Origin: a virus
Taxonomy: Duplodnaviria > Caudoviricetes
Reading direction: 5' to 3' (one strand)
IMG/VR virus record: IMGVR_UViG_3300050160_000037
Coordinates: 1,565 to 65,564 of that record
DNA: 64,000 nt
Both the position numbers and the translations under genes were made by a program. The notes beneath the pieces were generated by a model. It saw nothing but the letters and a program-made list of their open reading frames with translations. It was not told the origin of the DNA and did not search any database. This document shows, piece by piece, positions 59,017-64,000 of the stretch (within the stretch, counting starts at the first letter, position 1; every line of letters starts with the position of its first letter).

Positions 59017-59307
59017 CTAGTTAGGTAGGTGGAGCTGTAGGGCTACAATCTCCATGAGGTTGATGTCTCGGTGGTCTTGGGCTTTCAGCCAGCAGTCCCC
59101 GTCTTCATCACCATACCATTTGCCTTTGACCCATGCTTGGAGCAGGTTTTTGGCAGCACGTTCGGTGTTGAATGTGCGGATCATCCACATTGGATTGTGG
59201 TCTTCACTGAAGTCGATTGGCTCATAATGTGAGCCACCACGCCCATCCCGACGTTGTGGTCTGGGCAAATATTTGTGTGTGCCTTTCACCCTGACGGCGA
59301 ACTGCAT
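59017..59307 (-). CDS. Hypothetical protein
   Basis: Start reassigned to MQFAVRVK through the TGATG overlap with the upstream small ORF. Confidence 0.6.
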   Translation of the reverse strand: MQFAVRVKGTHKYLPRPQRRDGRGGSHYEPIDFSEDHNPMWMIRTFNTERAAKNLLQAWVKGKWYGDEDGDCWLKAQDHRDINLMEIVALQLHLPN

Positions 59308-59456
59308 CACGATGTGGGTTCTGAGTGCCATAGGTTCTGGTGCTCCCCATAGAACTTGTGCCAGTAGGACCACTTACGCAGAGCGAGAGGATCCTTGGCT
59401 TTGAAGGCTTTCCGTTTCCATTTGCGATAGCGATGGAAGACGTATGCTTGCCGCAT
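59307..59456 (-). CDS. Small basic/aromatic protein, 49 aa (not in ORF track)
   Basis: Manual translation MRQAYVFHRYRKWKRKAFKAKDPLALRKWSYWHKFYGEHQNLWHSEPTS* fits the gap exactly. Confidence 0.5.
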   Translation of the reverse strand: MRQAYVFHRYRKWKRKAFKAKDPLALRKWSYWHKFYGEHQNLWHSEPTS

Positions 59457-59459
59457 TTG

Positions 59460-59621
59460 TCAGTCGTCCCCGAATTGGTTGACTGCCATGTCTTCGACGA
59501 TTTTGATGGCTTCAGTCTGCTTTGCACGTTCAGCGTTTAGGTCATCGTCTTCATGGTCAAAGTCGATGATGTTCTGCCGAGCGAGATCCAGAACGATCTG
59601 GAGAGCTTCTGCGATGTCCAT
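59460..59621 (-). CDS. Small acidic protein, 53 aa (not in ORF track)
   Basis: Manual translation MDIAEALQIVLDLARQNIIDFDHEDDDLNAERAKQTEAIKIVEDMAVNQFGDD*, TGATG-coupled. Confidence 0.6.
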   Translation of the reverse strand: MDIAEALQIVLDLARQNIIDFDHEDDDLNAERAKQTEAIKIVEDMAVNQFGDD

Positions 59622-60049
59622 CAGAAGCTCCCCCAGTATTTCCGGTGGTCACCGAGATAGGGCCGCCATAGCTCATCGAAGAGGCAGTTGTCAGGAGCAC
59701 CGTTGAACATCGGAGCGATGTTTTTGTGCTCCAGTCCTGCCAGTCCACAGCCGATGCAGGTGACCTGAAAGGTCAGCTCGGGATGGCCTTGAGCATAGGC
59801 AATGAAACCCTGCACATAGCCGAGGATCTGCATGTGGCTGAGCGTGTCACCAACATAAGCACGGCTGGTTTCACCAAACTCATGCTTCATGATGAAGCCC
59901 TTGGTGGGAATAGCGAAGCTGTCTCCCATGTGACCATAGGAAAAGCCCCAGCGAGCGCCTTTTTTCTTGTAGGCAAAGTGTGCAGCTCCACCTCCGTGGA
60001 TGCCACTTTCGTTGGAGCCGAAAACAAAGCACATACCTGATGCAGACAT
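59621..60049 (-). CDS. N4 gp14-like / A1S_2505-family protein (macro-domain-like fold)
   Basis: FVFGSNESGIHGGGAA...GDSFAIPTK...FQVTCIGCGLAG. Confidence 0.8.
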   Translation of the reverse strand: MSASGMCFVFGSNESGIHGGGAAHFAYKKKGARWGFSYGHMGDSFAIPTKGFIMKHEFGETSRAYVGDTLSHMQILGYVQGFIAYAQGHPELTFQVTCIGCGLAGLEHKNIAPMFNGAPDNCLFDELWRPYLGDHRKYWGSF

Positions 60050-60052
60050 GGT

Positions 60053-60535
60053 TTAGTTCCTATTGTTTGCTTGCTCAAGGCGAGTAGCCCATTTGCAGTT
60101 TGAAGGTTCGTAGTGACCTTGGTTGTTAATTCTTTCCAAGGTCATTCCGATTGGGCGATTTCCCATGTCGGCAAAAAAGTTTTCAAATCCTTGGTCCCCA
60201 GACCAACGATCACAAACGTATCTTTTACCTATGTAATAGGGATCTGTTTTCACTCGATGGTGCATAGCTACCCATGAGCGATAGGCCCCAGAATGATTGT
60301 TTCTGGCCGCCTGTGAATGTTTTGTATTTTTAGCGATGACGACTTCTGATCGGTAGCACCCACACGATGTGGTATTTAGAAACCGGACCCAATTAAGATC
60401 CAGTTCTACTTGTTTACCACAGTCACATTGGAATTTAGCTCTGCGTCTTTTGGGGTTGGTTCTGGGTGCTTCCTCAAGATAGCACAGTCTGGTGTTTGGG
60501 ATACGATCCCCACGAGTGAATTTTATAGCTTTCAT
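60053..60535 (-). mobile_element. HNH-type endonuclease
   Basis: CDCG...[12 protein letters not shown], and [20 protein letters not shown]. Confidence 0.8.
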
Positions 60536-60565
60536 TGGGTTTTTTACCCAATCATGAATATGCTG

Positions 60566-60961
60566 TCAACGCCGAAGACGAAGATCATCTATACTCTCCA
60601 TACATTGAACATAGACAAGCCTCTCGGGAGTAGGCCTGAAGTCTATGTAGGTGTCTTTGGTGAAGGATGCCCAATGGGCGGTGAATGGATCATGGATCCA
60701 CGAGACCGTTCGTCTTGCGTAATAGAACGCTTCGTCTGTTGAGAACGAGTTAGACTCTCGGAATATATTGCCCACGTCATGTGCCCATGGGGCATCATGT
60801 TCGTGGTTCATGTATTTGATTTCGTCATGTCTTCCATGTGGAAGCCTGACGTGCCAGTAGCCTTTGTTTCTCAGGAGGATGGAAAAGCAACGAGCTTTTT
60901 CCAGCATATCGACATGTTGGATTGCTCGAAGCTCGCTTTCAGCCACGAGCAGATGTCTCAT
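60566..60961 (-). CDS. Hypothetical protein
   Basis: Start reassigned to MRHLLVAE through the ATGA overlap. Confidence 0.55.
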   Translation of the reverse strand: MRHLLVAESELRAIQHVDMLEKARCFSILLRNKGYWHVRLPHGRHDEIKYMNHEHDAPWAHDVGNIFRESNSFSTDEAFYYARRTVSWIHDPFTAHWASFTKDTYIDFRPTPERLVYVQCMESIDDLRLRR

Positions 60962-61326
60962 AGTAGAGCCAAGATTGTCCTCTTCACCACATGTGCATGG
61001 GTGATGTTCGGACAGGGTGTGCTGGCTGTTTGAAGGATGACACCGCATCCAAGGGATTTGTTGTAGATGTCATCAAGTGCAGCCAGCACTTCTTGGTTCC
61101 CGGCTTTAATCTGATCGTTCAGCCAGATGTCGTATTCATCGACTTGCTCGTCGTAGGTACGGATGATCCAGTCGTGGTCACCACCACATTTGACGCCTTG
61201 AGCACCGATTTTGATGTGAGCTGGCATAGCCAGTGGGCCTGTGTCCACATTATAGGTGTTGGCGATGTCTGCTGCCCCCCGTGTCAGCGGGTGCTGCACT
61301 TCGATGTGAGGAGCATCAGGCCTCAC
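60958..61326 (-). CDS. Hypothetical protein
   Basis: 122 aa with a GTGA overlap. C-terminal C...HAHVVKR is typical of phage DUF4326-like proteins (weak). Confidence 0.55.
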   Translation of the reverse strand: MRPDAPHIEVQHPLTRGAADIANTYNVDTGPLAMPAHIKIGAQGVKCGGDHDWIIRTYDEQVDEYDIWLNDQIKAGNQEVLAALDDIYNKSLGCGVILQTASTPCPNITHAHVVKRTILALL

Positions 61327-61505
61327 CGCTGCTCTCCAAGCGGGTGCTTCTCGTGGTAGTATTCCAGAGCGGTCTTGAGATGCTCAGCGATGAGCTTGGC
61401 ATCTGCAACGCCCTGTGTGGTAGCCTGTGCAGAGACGGCCTGAATGGCCATCATTGCAGCTACCCGGATTTGTTCCTCGGTCATGATATTTCCTTTTGCC
61501 ATCAA
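61323..61505 (-). CDS. Hypothetical early protein
   Basis: 60 aa in an overlap-coupled chain. Confidence 0.55.
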   Translation of the reverse strand: MMAKGNIMTEEQIRVAAMMAIQAVSAQATTQGVADAKLIAEHLKTALEYYHEKHPLGEQR

Positions 61506-61696
61506 TGGTGGAGCAGGAGAGCAAAGACGATCAGAGCACCAATGATGTACATCGCTCCAAGGAGCTTATTGGCAATGATTGCCATCATGGTGATGAGATC
61601 GGTGGTGATTTGGACCTTGGGTCCAGCCAGTTTGAGGCCAGTGATCAGAGACACAATGGCCAGCAAAAAAGTGATCGAGCTAAGGATGTTGATCAT
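61502..61696 (-). CDS. Small two-TM membrane protein
   Basis: 64 aa, almost entirely hydrophobic, with a GGAG RBS. Confidence 0.65.
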   Translation of the reverse strand: MINILSSITFLLAIVSLITGLKLAGPKVQITTDLITMMAIIANKLLGAMYIIGALIVFALLLHH

Positions 61697-61812
61697 TAGG
61701 TGGTTATCTCCAGAAAGTTAAAAATCCGACTATCGGTTTAATAGATAGTAGGATCTTGGCCACTTGTGAAGTAGCAGCATGTTGGGGGTAATTGGCCTAT
61801 CAAATGATACCC

Positions 61813-61842
61813 AAAAGCACCATCCCGATTAAGGGATGGTGC
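61813..61842 (-). terminator. Terminator after gp2-like gene
   Basis: GCACCATCCC-6 nt-GGGATGGTGC followed on - by TTTT. Confidence 0.8.
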
Positions 61843-61861
61843 GATTTGGATTGATAGTTGA

Positions 61862-62341
61862 TTAACCAGCCTTCGACTGCTTGGCAGCAACTTCGGGTTC
61901 GACGATCGGACGCTGGAAGCTGACGACCTTGCGAAGAGTGTTTTCCTGCGGAACGGCCTGTTCGGCCTTCACACGCTTGACCTGAACGGCCAGACCGATG
62001 TCTGCGTCCACGATCAGGAGCTTGCTTTCACCCGGCTCAAGAGCACGGGCTTCAGCCATGAAGGACTCGTGCAGTCCATTCTGGGCGTCACGGAGCTGTG
62101 CCATATTGGCGGTGCCGGACTTGGCCACATCAAAGGGCTTGATGCTGTCCAACGGGATGCCACGAGCGAGGCTGATGAAGATGGTTTCCACCTTGCCTTC
62201 ATCGCTCTCGACTTGCGTCTCGTAGCCGATGTTCAGCCAGAACTCAGCCTTTTCCTGCTCAGCCTGTTGGCCGGAATTGTTGCGGTTGCGGTCGAACCCC
62301 GAGAAGCTCGAAAGGTTCAGACCCGATCCATTGGTGCTCAT
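61862..62341 (-). CDS. N4 gp2-like ssDNA-binding activator of RNAPII
   Basis: KAEFWLNIGY...FISLARGIPLD...AQNGL...LEPGE matches my recollection of N4 gp2. Confidence 0.88.
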   Translation of the reverse strand: MSTNGSGLNLSSFSGFDRNRNNSGQQAEQEKAEFWLNIGYETQVESDEGKVETIFISLARGIPLDSIKPFDVAKSGTANMAQLRDAQNGLHESFMAEARALEPGESKLLIVDADIGLAVQVKRVKAEQAVPQENTLRKVVSFQRPIVEPEVAAKQSKAG

Positions 62342-62405
62342 GATATTTACTCCAAGTTATGTGCGTATGATCACGCAGGTTTGAAAACAAAACCGAACAA
62401 AATGT

Positions 62406-62660
62406 TCAGCTAACAACTGGTTCCAGATGGAGACCGATTTGTGCCATGCGGCGATGGATATTGCTGACACGAAGGTCCAGAAAGACCTTGGATGCAGCCC
62501 TCAGCTTGATGAACTGAGGATCGGATTTGGGCACTGTGATTTGACGCTTGGCGAATGCAATCTCCAAGCAATCAGTGGTGTCCAGAGCAGACAGACGTTC
62601 GTTCAGAACCTTGAGTTCTTTCACGAGGTCGGTTGCTTCCTTGAGGTGTTTGGCCAGCAT
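62406..62660 (-). CDS. Hypothetical early protein
   Basis: Start reassigned to MLAKHLKE through the TGATG overlap. Confidence 0.6.
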   Translation of the reverse strand: MLAKHLKEATDLVKELKVLNERLSALDTTDCLEIAFAKRQITVPKSDPQFIKLRAASKVFLDLRVSNIHRRMAQIGLHLEPVVS

Positions 62661-62773
62661 CAGAGGATGTCCTTGATGATGAGGAACAGGCCATAGAGGC
62701 CCAGCCAAAAGATCGTGGTGCAGGAGCTGATGAACAGCACCCTGAACCACAGGGTGAATTTCTTGTCGGACAT
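62660..62773 (-). CDS. Single-TM peptide, 37 aa
   Basis: MSDKKFTLWFRVLFISSCTTIFWLGLYGLFLIIKDIL* with a TTGGAG RBS. Confidence 0.55.
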   Translation of the reverse strand: MSDKKFTLWFRVLFISSCTTIFWLGLYGLFLIIKDIL

Positions 62774-62787
62774 GATTGTTCTCCAAG

Positions 62788-62895
62788 TTATGTGCGTTTG
62801 AAGAGCACATTCAAGAGTGAGTTGACTGTGAAAGCAAAGAGCTTCCACGAGTACCAGATGGACATGCTGAGGATGAGCATGGCGAATGGTGGCAT
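62788..62895 (-). CDS. Hydrophobic peptide, 35 aa (not in ORF track)
   Basis: MPPFAMLILSMSIWYSWKLFAFTVNSLLNVLFKRT*, TGATG-coupled. Confidence 0.45.
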   Translation of the reverse strand: MPPFAMLILSMSIWYSWKLFAFTVNSLLNVLFKRT

Positions 62896-63074
62896 CACGA
62901 GGTGGTGTCCTCACTAGAGTTGGATGAGAGGGCACTGGATGCCCAGATGAAGATCATGCAGACGACCACGATACCAAGGCCGACCTTGGTGTTGGTGGTA
63001 CGTGAGGAGGTTGCCATCATGGCCCCAAGGACCATGAAGGGTAGAGTCTTGATGGTACGGATGATTGAGGACAT
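62895..63074 (-). CDS. Small membrane protein, 59 aa (not in ORF track)
   Basis: MSSIIRTIKTLPFMVLGAMMATSSRTTNTKVGLGIVVVCMIFIWASSALSSNSSEDTTS*. Confidence 0.5.
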   Translation of the reverse strand: MSSIIRTIKTLPFMVLGAMMATSSRTTNTKVGLGIVVVCMIFIWASSALSSNSSEDTTS

Positions 63075-63173
63075 GACGGTAGCCTTATGTTGGTAGTAGA
63101 CAGGAGTGGTATGTGCCTATCGGACACATAGAGCTGACCTAGCTCCGGAGAGCTAGGCCAGATCCATTAGAGC

Positions 63174-63497
63174 CTACTTGGCTTCTTCGAAGATACTGTC
63201 AGGGAGATATGCGACTGCTTTGTCGTACAGCTTGCGGTTGAGATCAGACTCATCGCAGAACTTGACAACTTCAGCATCACGCACAGCGATTTCCATGCGG
63301 GACTCTTCGAGGATAGTGCTCCGGAAGGTCTTCCGGTGCAGGATAGAACGATCACGTTGATCGATAGAGGCATCAGCAACAAACTTGTTGATCATGCCAA
63401 CGCCGTCACCAAGGGTGCCAGCGAGATCACCGAGTGCATTGGCAGTGTTGGTAACCATGCCGAATACAGACCCAAGGGTCATACGTGCAGTAGCCAT
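63174..63497 (-). CDS. N4 gp1-like early protein
   Basis: MATARMTLGSVFGMVTNTANAL...GVGMINKFV...VVKFC. AGGAG RBS; it is the first gene of the early unit. Confidence 0.8.
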   Translation of the reverse strand: MATARMTLGSVFGMVTNTANALGDLAGTLGDGVGMINKFVADASIDQRDRSILHRKTFRSTILEESRMEIAVRDAEVVKFCDESDLNRKLYDKAVAYLPDSIFEEAK

Positions 63498-63564
63498 AGT
63501 AGTAACTCCTGTTGATGGTTCAGGATTGAACCAAAGAAAGAGATGAGTGGTACTCATCATCATG

Positions 63565-63579
63565 CAGGCCGTAGGCCTG
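63565..63579 (-). promoter_or_regulatory. Candidate vRNAP hairpin promoter (hairpin on the + template strand)
   Basis: CAGGCC-GTA-GGCCTG is a C-GNA-G triloop on a 6-bp stem, about 70 nt upstream of the gp1-like start. Confidence 0.6.
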
Positions 63580-63773
63580 TGTCACATGTGTTAATAGGGT
63601 GGGTATGCTACCACCTATACACGGATACCGGGGGGGTACTTTAGATAAAGGTGACCCCCATGTGTCAAACACTGACCCCAGACATAACTATGCAAAATTT
63701 CCTACTGCTTCCCCAATATATCTTGGAGAAAATATATAATAGCAGATATGTTGGAAGACGTGCATATCAGACA

Positions 63774-63815
63774 TAAAAAAACCCCCGGAGGAGTGCCTGA
63801 ACACTCAACTCCGGG
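63774..63815 (-). terminator. Terminator-like hairpin for an upstream - strand transcript
   Basis: CCCGGAG/CTCCGGG plus GAGTG/CACTC stems, followed on - by a 7-nt U-run. Confidence 0.6.
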
Positions 63816-64000
63816 AGTCCCCCCGTCTACACGGTTTGGATCAGCCTCTTCCTGCTGAGCAGGCCCCGCATTGCTACGGAGAGGAGTGCGAGGCCTCCAA
63901 TTGCAGTAGTTATTTCCCCACTATCTGCTGGGGTCTGACCAACACGCATCACGCAACGTACCGGGCGTGATCTTTGTGCATCAGGTGTGACATTCATGTC

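Noticed and set aside
63625-63660. G7 run and nearby C-run as the physical genome end or terminal-repeat boundary
   Set aside because: The position is plausible, but no second copy is in the window and read data are needed.
1-64000. tRNA genes and CRISPR arrays
   Set aside because: I found no cloverleaf with a T-loop GTTCRA and CCA end, and no regularly spaced repeats, in the intergenic gaps inspected. tRNAscan-SE would confirm this.

Overview
This window is most of an N4-like (Schitoviridae) phage genome. The evidence is a 3489-aa virion RNA polymerase, a two-subunit RNAPII, N4 gp1/gp2-like early genes, rIIA/rIIB, a DNA polymerase-primase-SSB replication block and an N4-order capsid module. 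Late/structural genes (portal C-terminus, scaffold, major capsid protein, gp55-gp51-like, vRNAP) lie on + at 1-21.4 kb. Early and middle genes lie on - and run from about 63.5 kb down to 21.4 kb. The HU gene resembles alphaproteobacterial HU, which hints at the host (inference). The most unusual points are: (1) a 680-nt non-coding gap at 54926-55605 packed with nested and crossing helices, a candidate large structured RNA or ribozyme, directly upstream of an HTH gene and a ClpX-like ATPase; (2) a DNA polymerase split in two around an HNH endonuclease, with each half carrying a new terminal extension and no canonical intron or intein signals; (3) a tail-fibre-like gene whose 3' part looks newly swapped in, leaving a relic of an older 3' end; (4) a lone 1099-aa + strand gene inside the middle region. 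All family assignments come from motif recognition and gene order, not database searches. I found no tRNA or CRISPR array.
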